The translations under genes were made by a program, and so were the position numbers. Under the pieces are notes generated by a model that saw only the letters and a list, made by a program, of their open reading frames with translations, ran no database searches and was not told the DNA's origin. From the NCBI GenBank assembly GCA_037447605.1, contig CM074810.1, positions 186,001 through 250,000 of the forward strand: DNA of 64,000 nucleotides. Direction: 5' to 3'. This DNA comes from Zygnema circumcarinatum SAG 698-1b (Eukaryota > Plantae > Zygnematophyceae). Shown piece after piece: positions 1 to 10,674 of the stretch (positions are counted from its first letter, which is position 1; each line of letters begins with the position of its first letter).

Positions 1-214
1 TTGGAAAACAAGAAATACGGTGGCAGAGATGAAGATGGACGGTGGAGATGTGGTAGATTGAGGTAGAGTTGCATGCAAATGGGGTTCAGGTGAAACGTTG
101 ATTGTGGGTGGTGCAATTAGAAGAGTGAAAGGGAGGGAAGTAATGATATGATTGCTGTCGGTCTCACACGTTTTCCCTTATGTTTCGGTGTTCCTTTTTC
201 CCTCTTCGTGGCAG

Positions 215-295
215 CACTGTGACAATAACGAGGTTTTGAAGGCACTCTGCGCGGAAGCAGGCTGGATGGTGGAAGAGGACGGGACCACCTACAAG
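215..295 (+). pseudogene. Orphan duplicate of BES1 exon 2 ([27 protein letters not shown]), upstream of the intact gene
   Basis: Positions 1-~369 match 1437-~1808 (offset 1436), including the AG/GT-flanked 81-bp exon. The match ends inside a CT microsatellite. The rest of this copy would lie left of the window. Confidence 0.6.
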
Positions 296-843
296 GTAAG
301 GCAGCCTCTCCCCCTCTCTCTCTCTCTCTCTCTCTCTCACGCGGGCCCCCTCCCTCTCTCTCTCACTCTCTCTCTCTCTCTCCGCTCTCTCTCGCTCTCT
401 CTCTCTCTTTCTCTCCCTTTCTCCCTCATATTCCTCTCTCCTCCTCTCTCCCCTCGCTCACGACTCCCGTCCTTGCCGTGGTTGGATGCAGCATGACTTG
501 ACCACTCCGCCCCCCATGGCTCACAACCCCTCACGACCAGCCCTCTCTAAACTTCACTAACTCCACTCTGCTCATAGTACTCGGTGCCGAATTTGGCTCT
601 CCCTCATCTCTCACCTTATCCTTCCATCTCTTTCAACAGTCCTCTCTTCCTCGTTCCCTCTCTCTCTCTCGCTCTCTCGACCCATTCAATCGTTTCGTAA
701 GATCCAAAACCTTCTTGAAATTTAAAAACGACCCACTTTTCCAAAAAAGGCCCAAAGCTAGTTTTCGAGTTCCGAGTTTTGGATTCGTGGAACTTGGAGC
801 TTCTATTCGACTTTTCCCCCTCCTCCTTCATCGAATCGAACCA

Positions 844-3234
844 ATGGGAGACGAGAAGGGCGATGAGACGACCAGTAGCGGCGGGACATGTGACGGAGTG
901 ACCAGTCCGCACGCGCCAGGTGGCGACACGAAGGGCAGTGCCGGATCCGGGGGGAAGGCAGCCAATCAGAGGTCGCCAACGTGGAAGGAGAGAGAGAACA
1001 ACAAGAAGAGAGAGCGGAGACGCCGCGCAATTGCGGCCAAGATCTTTTCGGGGCTGCGGGCGCATGGAAACTATAAGTTGCCGAAGGTGGGTCTGTATGA
1101 GGTGTGAGGGGAGAGTGAGCTGGGTAGGAGTGAAGTGATAAGGGTGGTGTAGATGAGGTAGGAATGGGGTGGAAGTGGGTAGTTGGGGTAGAAGTTGTGT
1201 ATAGATTGGGGCTCGAAATAGGTTAGCCTTGTGGTCGGAATGGGATAGTGATGGTAGAAGTCGAAGGAGCAGTAGAAGGAGAAGTAGAAGGAGAAGTAGA
1301 TGGAGTAGTAGAAGGAGAAGTAGAAGTAGAAGTAGAAGTAGAAGTAGAAGTAGAAGTAGAAGTAGAAGTAGAAGAAGAAGTAGAAGTGGAAGTAGAAGTA
1401 GAAGTAGGTTAAACATGGGGTGTTTATTGTGATACATTGGAAAACAAGAAATACGGTGGCAGAGATGAAGATGGACGGTGGAGATGTGGTAGATTGAGGT
1501 AGAGTTGCATGCAAATGGGGTTCAGGTGAAACGTTGATTGTGGGTGGTGCAATTAGAAGAGTGAAAGGGAGGGAAGTAATGATATGATTGCTGTCGGTCT
1601 CACACGTTTTCCCTTATGTTTCGGTGTTCCTTTTTCCCTCTTCGTGGCAGCACTGTGACAATAACGAGGTTTTGAAGGCACTCTGCGCGGAAGCAGGCTG
1701 GATGGTGGAAGAGGACGGGACCACCTACAAGGTAAGGCAGCCTCTCCCCCTCTCTCTCTCTCTCTCTCTCTCTCACGCGGGCCCCCCCTCCCTCTCTCTC
1801 TCACTCTCGCACCCCTCTCTCTCTCCCTGTAGGTGTGTGTGTCTGTACGTTTCTTCTTTGATTCGTTCTTTTAAAGAGTAAGGCCCTTTACCTCCTCCTT
1901 CACACGTTCCTCACACTCCCTCCTCTCTCCCTCCTTCGCTCTTGCCCTCTCTCTCCAGTGCCCCTCTCCCCCCAAACGCGCGCTCTCAGACGCTCCCAAG
2001 GAGACACGTGTCCCCCCCCCCGCGCTCACAGCTCTGCAGCTGCTCCCATGGCTGCAGGGCCTCACAGGAGGGCAGAGCTCCTCTCTCCTCCCTACTCTCT
2101 ATGGGGCAGGAGGAGGGGGAGAGGGGCTTGCGGTTTCAGGAAATGTTGGAGGGGGGGTAGGAGAGGGAGGAGGGAGAGGAGCGGGAGGGTTAAGGAGCGG
2201 GACCCTCCAGCTCGGAGGGGAGGCGAAGGTGAAAACGGAGTGGAATCAGCCAAATGGCATTCCTGCAGGTGGGTCACTCTCATCTCCCTGACTTACCGTT
2301 GACCTGTTTCCTCTCTCTCCTCTGTCTCCCCATCTATCCTTCCCTACCCGTCCCTCGCCTTCACTTCCCACCGCATCGCCTTCTTCATATTGTTCTCCCC
2401 CCTATCTGTCTCCCTCGCTTCTCCTTGTCTCTCTCCCCCTATTTCCCCTATCTCGCTCTCTCTCTTGCGCTCTCCCACAACCCCGTTCTTCCCTTCTCTC
2501 GCTACCTGTCCTCTCCCCCTCTCCAATCATCCCCTCCACCCTTCCTCCATTTCAATCGCCCACTCCCCGCCCGCCACCCTCACTCCCATTGTCACCTACC
2601 TATCGCTTCCTCCTCTCGCCCCTTTTCCTCCCTTCTCTCACTTCCCCCACCCCCACCCCCTCCCCCTCCCCCTCCCCCTCCACCTCCCTCTACCCTNNNN
2701 NNNNNNTCCCCTCCCTCTCCCACTCCCCCCTCCTCCCTCCCCCTCCGCCCTTCCCCCCTCCCTTCTTCACCCTCCTTAGGCCTTCCCCCACGTGCAGGCT
2801 CCTCCAATCCGAGCGCGCCAGGTGGCAGCAGTCCCCGGGAGTCGTGGCGAAGCGACAGCTCTACCGCCAACGCCCCCACGTCAGCAGAGGTCCTCAGCGC
2901 CCTCCTGCCACGTGTCAGTGGGGGAGCTGACGTGGCCGCCTTCTACCGAACCAGCAGACTCTTAGAGGCCTTGAACCGGCAGGCGGGGGGGGGAGACATT
3001 AGAATGGCGGGAGGGCAGAGGGAGGGAAAGAGCATGGCGGGAGTGGGAGTGGGAGAGGAGAGAGGAGGGAGGGAGAGCAGAGAAGGGAGAGCTGCTAGGG
3101 AGGAGATCAATATAGCGGCGCCTCTTTTGAGGGAAGCGGTGCCTCTATCGGGAGGCTCTTCTTTCGAGGCCGGCCCGGGCCTTCGGGCAGTTCCAAAAGT
3201 CAATTTGGCTTGGGCCAAGCTCAGTTTGAAATAA
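844..3234 (+). CDS. BES1/BZR1: BES1/BZR1-family transcription factor, exons 844-1086, 1651-1731, 1959-2268, 2780-3234 (~362 aa)
   Basis: BES1_N signature [39 protein letters not shown]|[27 protein letters not shown] and an LLPWL motif in exon 3. All junctions are GT-AG and phase-consistent (1089 nt). A 10-N gap lies in intron 3. Confidence 0.9.
1271..1407 (+). repeat. (AGTAGA)n hexamer microsatellite in BES1 intron 1
   Basis: Directly visible tandem AGTAGA/AGGAGA units. Confidence 0.9.
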
Positions 3235-6200
3235 TGTCAAACGGGCTTTCGTCAGGGGTACCATTGAAATATTTTATGGGGGGCGGCTGCTAAAGTTTTA
3301 TCAATTTCTTTCCTTGAAGGATTCAACTTTATTGTGAGGAGCAAGAGAAATCTTGGCACTTGTAAGTAGCGTGTTGACTCCCACTAGAGGTGGGAGGCTC
3401 GCTGCGTCTATTTGGCGCATTTGTCTCTTGTGTAGGGCGAGAGGGCGAGAGAGAGAGACAGAGAAAGAGAGAGAGAGGGAGAGAGAGAGAGAGAGTAGAG
3501 AAGTGATGGGGTTGCAAAGTGGCACCAAGAAGAATGACCTACACTCTTTGATTGTAATTGTGTGGTTTAATGGCTCTTTAAATTACGGCTGCATCGCGCT
3601 CTCCCCTCCCTCTCCCTTCCCCCCGTCTCTCCCTCTCACCTCCCTCCCTCCCTCACCTTCCGTCTCCTTCCCCCTCCCTCACCAGCAGCCCCTCCTGATG
3701 AAAACTTTCCCCTTCCTTTGCCAGTTCTTCTTTATCCAGTTTCTCTCTCTCTGTCGGAACAACTCTCCCTCTTCTGCAGTCCCCTCCTCCCTCTCTCCTC
3801 CCACCCACTCTCTCCGGCTTCTTTCTACCTTCCGTCTCCCCCTCGCCCCTCCCTTTTGGACCTCTCTTATCTCCTAGTGCTGCTCACTCTCCCTCTCTCC
3901 CTCTCTTGATAATGTTTGTGCTCCATACTTCTTCTCTCTGTCCCCTCCGTCCCCTCTCCCTCTCTCCCAAGTAGCGCCGGGCAGTGCTCGGGCCGTACGC
4001 CATGCACGTGACGGCCGCGGAACGCAGTGCAGTTCGCCGTAACTGTCAGACCCTATGGAACACTGTACGGACGATTGTACGAACGACTGACAGCAGAACG
4101 TCGTCTTATTGGACGGTGCGCAAACCGTTGCCGGACTGTACGGATAGGGCGGCCGCTCTCTAGTGTCGGTTGCTGAGGGAGAGGGGGAGGGCCTAGCGGA
4201 GCACCTCCGCGATACGCGCTTTGTCCTTCGTGAGAGTGAGGGAGGGAGGGAGGACTGTCACGGAGGAAGAAAAGGGACGGGATGGGATGCGAGGAGCTCT
4301 CTCTCTCTCTCTCCCTCCCTCTCTCTCTCTCTCTCTCCCCCTCCCTCTCTCTCTCGTGTGTGTGTGTGTGAGAGGGGGCGAGAAGGCTTCATAGCGGCTC
4401 ATGGCTTGTGCTGAAAAGTTTTCATCACGACCTTTCCAATCCTCCACAAAGGCAGGCACCAAAGTTTGTTCAAGAAATCTGCTAACTTTGGAATGGACTG
4501 AACACGTCCTCATGCGAGAAAACAAGCCAATGCAATGAGCTGCGCAAAGCTTAGTCAGTCAGCTAGTCAGAGGCGGCCAATAAGTAAAGAGGCATTCATT
4601 AGTCGCTTAAGAACTTCCCCAACACTTTCAATCCTCACTAGACGACACCGCGAAATANNNNNNNNNNCTCTCCCACTCCCCCCTCCTCCCTCCCCCCTCC
4701 GCCCTTCCCCCCTCCCTTCTTCACCCTCCTTAGGCCTTCCCCCACGTGCAGGCTCCTCCAATCCGAGCGCGCCAGGTGGCAGCAGTCCCCGGGAGTCGTG
4801 GCGAAGCGACAGCTCTACCGCCAACGCCCCCACGTCAGCAGAGGTCCTCAGCGCCCTCCTGCCACGTGTCAGTGGGGGAGCTGACGTGGCCGCCTTCTAC
4901 CGAACCAGCAGACTCTTAGAGGCCTTGAACCGGCAGGCGGGGGGGGGAGACATTAGAATGGCGGGAGGGCAGAGGGAGGGAAAGAGCATGGCGGGAGTGG
5001 GAGTGGGAGAGGAGAGAGGAGGGAGGGAGAGCAGAGAAGGGAGAGCTGCTAGGGAGGAGATCAATATAGCGGCGCCTCTTTTGAGGGAAGCGGTGCCTCT
5101 ATCGGGAGGCTCTTCTTTCGAGGCCGGCCCGGGCCTTCGGGCAGTTCCAAAAGTCAATTTGGCAGACCTTGAGCTCAGTTTGAAAGTGTCGAACTCGTCG
5201 GGGGGGTACCATTGAAATATTTTATGGGGGGCGGCTGCTAAAGTTTTATCAATTTCTTTCCTTAGGAGGGATTCGCTTTATTGTGAGAACGAGAGAAATC
5301 TTGGCGCGTAGTGGCATTGAGTGAAGCTCCCTTGCAGAGAGGTGGGAGGCTCGCTGCGTCTATTTGGCGCATTTGTCTCTTGTGTAGGGCGAGAGGGCGA
5401 GAGAGAGAGACAGAGAAAGAGAGAGAGAGGGAGAGAGAGAGAGAGAGTAGAGAAGTGATGGGGTTGCAAAGTGGCACCAAGAAGAATGACCTACACTCTT
5501 TGATTGTAATTGTGTGGTTTAATGGCTCTTTAAATTACGGCTGCATCGCGCTCTCCCCTCCCTCTCCCTTCCCCCCGTCTCTCCCTCTCACCTCCCTCCC
5601 TCCCTCACCTTCCGTCTCCTTCTCCCTCACCAGCAGCCCCTCCTGATGAAAACTTTCCCCTTCCTTTGCCAGTTCTTCTTTATCCAGTTTCTCTCTCTCT
5701 GTCGGAACAACTCTCCCTCTTCTGCAGTCCCCTCCTCCCTCTCTCCTCCCACCCACTCTCTCCGGCTTCTTTCTACCTTCCGTCTCCCCCTCGCCCCTCC
5801 CTTTTGGACCTCTCTTATCTCCTAGTGCTGCTCACTCTCCCTCTCTCCCTCTCTTGATAATGTTTGTGCTCCATACTTCTTCTCTCTGTCCCCTCCGTCC
5901 CCTCTCCCTCTCTCCCAAGTAGCGCCGGGCAGTGCTCGGGCCGTACGCCATGCACGTGACGGCCGCGGAACGCAGTGCAGTTCGCCGTAACTGTCAGACC
6001 CTATGGAACACTGTACGGACGATTGTACGAACGACTGACAGCAGAACGTCGTCTTATTGGACGGTGCGCAAACCGTTGCCGGACTGTACGGATAGGGCGG
6101 CCGCTCTCTAGTGTCGGTTGCTGAGGGAGAGGGGGAGGGCCTAGCGGAGCACCTCCGCGATACGCGCTTTGTCCTTCGTGAGAGTGAGGGAGGGAGGGAG

Positions 6201-6605
6201 GACTGTCACGGAGGAAGAAAAGGGACGGGATGGGATGCGAGGAGCTCTCTCTCTCTCTCTCCCTCCCTCTCTCTCTCTCTCTCTCCCCCTCCCTCTCTCT
6301 CTCGTGTGTGTGTGTGTGAGAGGGGGCGAGAAGGCTTCATAGCGGCTCATGGCTTGTGCTGAAAAGTTTTCATCACGACCTTTCCAATCCTCCACAAAGG
6401 CAGGCACCAAAGTTTGTTCAAGAAATCTGCTAACTTTGGAATGGACTGAACACGTCCTCATGCGAGAAAACAAGCCAATGCAATGAGCTGCGCAAAGCTT
6501 AGTCAGTCAGCTAGTCAGAGGCGGCCAATAAGTAAAGAGGCATTCATTAGTCGCTTAAGAACTTCCCCAACACTTTCAATCCTCACTAGACGACACCGCG
6601 AAATA
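2714..6605 (+). repeat. Near-identical ~1.94-kb tandem duplication (2714-4657 = 4668-6605) carrying the BES1 terminal exon and 3' flank; probably an assembly artefact
   Basis: Offset is 1954 then 1948. The copies are separated by a 10-N gap, and differences are confined mainly to ~3208-3385 vs ~5162-5340. Confidence 0.85.
4734..5215 (+). CDS. BES1/BZR1: Second copy of the BES1 terminal exon, ending in EAR motif DLELSL
   Basis: Same acceptor (TTAG|GC) and same sequence as 2780-3207, then ...VNLADLELSLKVSNSSGGYH*. LxLxL is the C-terminal EAR motif typical of BES1/BZR1. Confidence 0.75.
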
Positions 6606-6630
6606 AATAAATTTCTTTGACTTTTGGTTC

Positions 6631-7502
6631 CTAGTCAAAGGGCGGCTCTCCCTTGGCCAATAGCGCCGCATAGAGGAGCTCGTTCCACGTGTCCGGCACT
6701 CCCGGCAGGCACCAATGGCTGCCCATCCATGGCCCACATCATCCCCTCACATCATCTCCCATGGCACCCATACATCCCATCATGCAAACATCCACTGCAT
6801 CTCTCAACCTCACGACCCAAAAAGCTTCAAAAATACCCAAAACCCTCAACAACCTAAACCCTAAACCCAAAAACCCTAAATTTCCTAAAGTTTGCATTGT
6901 GACCGTACCTGCAGTCGTACCCGCGGCGGTCCCTCATCTTTCCGATGTGCGCGTCGTGACGGAGAGCGGAGAGTCGGAAAATGTCGAGAAATACGAAGGG
7001 GTGATTCATTTGGGAGATAACCCTCTCCTGCACTTTGACAAAATTTGGGATCTCCACATCGCTCATGTTCGACTTGGGAATCAAATCACCACACTGCCCC
7101 ACCCTCCAATCACCACTCCTGTACCCCCCCCCCCCCCCCCCCCCCCCCCNNNNNNNNNNCCCCCCCCCCCCCCCCGCGTCCCCAAAAAGAGAGAAAAACA
7201 TTGAAAATTGAGATAGTTTTCATCAACTTTAGGGTTTGTACTTTGTTGAGATTTTAGAGTTTAGGGTTTAGGGTTTAGGGTTTAGGGTTTGGAAGATCTA
7301 GGGTTTAAGGGTGTATTCTGACGTGAAGTGCGCGGGGGAGTAGCCCCTAAAGACCGGCTGAGTGCGGGAGAGGGCGAGGCCCTCCGCCCACTGCGCGAGG
7401 GCGCGGAGTACTGCTTCCATGCCCGCGGCCTCGTCCATGTCCGTACGGACAGTTCCGTTCAACGCAAAGAACGTCCCCCTGCACGCGCCTCCTCGCACTC
7501 AG

Positions 7503-7538
<36 letters not shown>

Positions 7539-8616
7539 GTCCTCCTCTCTTTTGGTTTGAAAGAACTGACGTGAATACATATAGAATGCGAAAATTTCAA
7601 CATATTATGATAATGACTAGAGTAGACAAAACCAGGAATATATGCATATATATATATGTGTATATATATATACTGTGTGTGAGAGAGAGAGGGAGAGAGA
7701 GAGAGAGGGCGCACTTCTCGATAGTCTTCCCGCGGGCGAGCCAATGCCCCACATTGAGCAGGACCACGTCCGCGCCCTCCGCTCGGCGCACCCACCAACG
7801 GTCGAGCACGTCCGCTAGAAGCACCATGCTCACCTGCGGGCAAGAGAGAAAGGGAGGGAGGGAGGGANNNNNNNNNNGGGGGTGAGGGAGGGAGGGAGGG
7901 AGGGAGGGAGGGAAGGAGGGAGGGAGGGAGGGGGGGGGTGAGGGAGGGAGAACAGGGAGGTAGGGGGTAGGGGGGGAAGAAGATGGAGAGGGAGCGGGAG
8001 AGGAACGAGTCTCTCACATTCTTGGGCGCGTCCTTTGGAGGGGAGGTGGCGGCTACGAGGAAGGTGGAGCGAAGGTATTCGAGCGTGAAGTTGAAGGAGG
8101 CAAACACAAAAGTGACTTCCGGATGGCTCTTAGTTATGGGCCCCGCCAGGCCCGACTTCTGCAATCAAATATTCGTTCAACATTTCATTTCAAACATAAA
8201 AGATACACTTAAAAGTTTCAGAAACTTTAGCTCATTGACCAATCATTTGAGCAACCATTCAATGGAATGTAATGAAAACCACTCACGAGTCTGAGGGATT
8301 AGTTAGTCGAAACGACCTCATAGAGTTGAGCATTGTCGATGCCCTCCGCGAGGAGGCAGAGCAATGACACGAACTGATTCCGTCCGAGGGAGTCGCCGAC
8401 CACCACCATCCGCCGCCCGCGCATGCGACGAAGGAAGTCTGCAGCATCGAATCTGCAACCGCGGGAGGGAGGGAGGGAGGGAGGGAGAGAGGGAGAGGGA
8501 GAGGGAGAGGGAGAGGGAGAGGGAGAGGGAGAGAGGGAGAGAGGGAGAGGGAGAGGGAGAGGGAGAGGGAGAGGGAGAGGGAGAGGGAGAGAAAGAGAGA
8601 GAGGGAGAGAGGGAGG

Positions 8617-8673
<57 letters not shown>

Positions 8674-9869
8674 GGGGAGAGAGAGAGGGAGAGAGAGAGA
8701 GAGGGGGAGAGCGAGAGAGAGAGAGAGGGAGAGGGAGAGGGGTGAACAAGAAGACCTTGAAGTTTCGAACTCTTCCTCCTCCCTCCACTCTTTCCCTCAC
8801 TTCTTTCCCTCTCACCCCACTCTCACTCTCGCTCCTCTCTTTTCCGCCCCTCCCTCCCTCCCGCCCACCTGTCACTTCTACCTCCCATTTCCTTCTCTTT
8901 GTCTCCTCTCCTCCCTCCCTCCCCAACACTCTTCTACCTTCCTCCCTTCCTCCTCTCCACTCATTCACTTTCTCACTGCGCACTCCTCTCACCCTCTTTC
9001 ACCCCCTCCCCCACCCACCCCCCCCTCCCCCGCCCCCTCCTTCCCCCCAACCCCCCCCATATTAAACCTTGGAATGTTGCAGCCATGCGGCTGCCAGCGC
9101 AGCTTCATGTATGTGAGATCTGTCCGGCCCATGCTGGGACAATTGAACCCATCATCTCCATAGGGGCACGTCTTCCACCCCCAGAGAGGATGCCTCTCAT
9201 CATACACCCACCGCCCAGACCACAAATCACACTCCTTTGAAAGATTGCTCCTATTAGCAGCCTCTTCCGGGCTGTCCTGAAAGGCCTCCGGAAGCCACGC
9301 AGGGAGAGGGGAGGGAGAGGGAGCAGCTGCTGTAGGCGACTGAAGAGGTAGTAGGGAGGGAGAGGAGACTTCTGTGGTAGGCGAGTAAAGTGTTGGACCT
9401 GATACAGAACTCAGACCTAGTGAAATTGAAAGGAAAAAGAGTTGGGTTTTAGGATAAGTATTCATGGAGTGATCCACAACTTCCTCCCCCTCCCTCTCCT
9501 CTCTCCCCTCTCCAAGCTCTCATGTCGCGTGCTTCGCTCTCTCTCTCTCCGTTAGATGATAGAAGAGTAGTTACTAGTCAACTGGTGAGGACAGGAAGTA
9601 AGTACCTTTGCCAGAAAGAAAGAAGGCGGAGATGACGAAGGAGATGCTGAGGATTAGGGTGAGGAGGAGAGTGGGAGAGAGAGATTCCTTGTGAGCAGAG
9701 GGAAGGGCCACCTCGGATTCTTCGGCCATGTACTCCCCGCTCTGCAGTTCAAGCAGAGAGGCGTTTGATTGCTCTCAATGAATATCATCACATTTAAGAA
9801 AAGAAACATCTTCCGTTTCCTCCCCAGCACGCACCATCTGTAGATAAGCAGGTTCACGGAGCCATTCAA
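6631..9869 (-). CDS. TBL: Trichome-birefringence-like (PMR5N + PC-esterase) polysaccharide O-acetyltransferase, exons 9869-9712(?), 9646-9606, 9416-9068, 8452-8317, 8158-8018, 7833-7715, 7478-7323, 7118-6909, 6718-6631 (~465 aa)
   Basis: Motifs [11 protein letters not shown]...FNC...RWQPHGC, catalytic GDSLGRNQ and [18 protein letters not shown]. The junctions are phase-consistent; the two 5'-most exons are less certain. Confidence 0.92.
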
Positions 9870-10169
9870 CCCTGAAACCTAACTCCTTAACCCTAAACCT
9901 TAAACCCTAATCCTTAAAGCCTCAACTCCTTGCAAGGCGTTATCCGCACAGTGCATTGACCGGGGTGGGTGGTTTTAACGCAGTTAGGGGCACTCCCTCC
10001 CCCCGCCCCCCGAAAAAAAAGATTTCAGTTTTCGAAATCAGATTTGTGACAGTTTGCTGACGTCGTAGTTTTCAAAACGGACGTCATCTCCGTTTTCCGG
10101 AAACTGCAATTCAGAATTTCCAGTTCTTCGCTGAATCCTTCCAAGCGTCGGAAATTGGAGGCCGTTGCA

Positions 10170-10405
10170 TGGCCGTTGGCAAGTGCGGACCGTTATGGCC
10201 GTTGGATGGCGCAACATACGGACTGTTAGGGCCGTTGATGGTGCACTTGCGGACCGTTAGGCCCGTTGGATTCCGCACTTGCGGACCGTCAGGGCCGTTG
10301 ATGGCGCACTTGCGGCTCGTTAGGGCCGTTGGATGGCACACGTGCGGACTGTTATGGGCGTTGAATGACGTACTTTCGGAACGTTAGGGCAGTTGGAGTG
10401 ATCGC
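10170..10405 (+). repeat. Degenerate 31-33-bp minisatellite, ~7 copies (consensus GGCCGTTGATGGCGCACTTGCGGACCGTTAG), intergenic between NOL9 3' end and TBL 5' end
   Basis: The units align head-to-tail with no unique spacers. Confidence 0.8.
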
Positions 10406-10674
10406 ACTGAACAAGACGATGCTTTTCTGAAACGACTTGCTTTAATGAATATTGTACTCAGTTTCGTCAAAACTTAGCACCCCTAGCCAAGCTTTGCTCT
10501 CCTTCATGACAACGAGCACCCCAAAACCCTACAACCCTAAACCCCTTAAAACCCAAGTCGGCCTTTCCATGTACGCGTGCCAAAGGTCGAAGTCGACTTC
10601 TCGGGCCAGAGTTGAAACTATTTTCTTTAAAAAATCCTTTAATCTCAGAGCTAACAAACTAGCCAACTAACTAA

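Noticed and set aside
4193-4525. 110-aa minus-strand ORF (and its copy at 6141-6473)
   Set aside because: No recognisable motif, half of it is microsatellite, and it lies in the TBL/BES1 3' flank.
2714-6605. True tandem gene duplication of the BES1 3' end
   Set aside because: The copies are near-identical and abut a 10-N gap, which is typical of overlapping contigs or haplotigs. It is kept only as a finding because of the EAR difference.
10170-10405. CRISPR-like periodic ~32-bp repeats
   Set aside because: The repeats are head-to-tail and degenerate with no unique spacers, there are no cas genes, and the context is eukaryotic.
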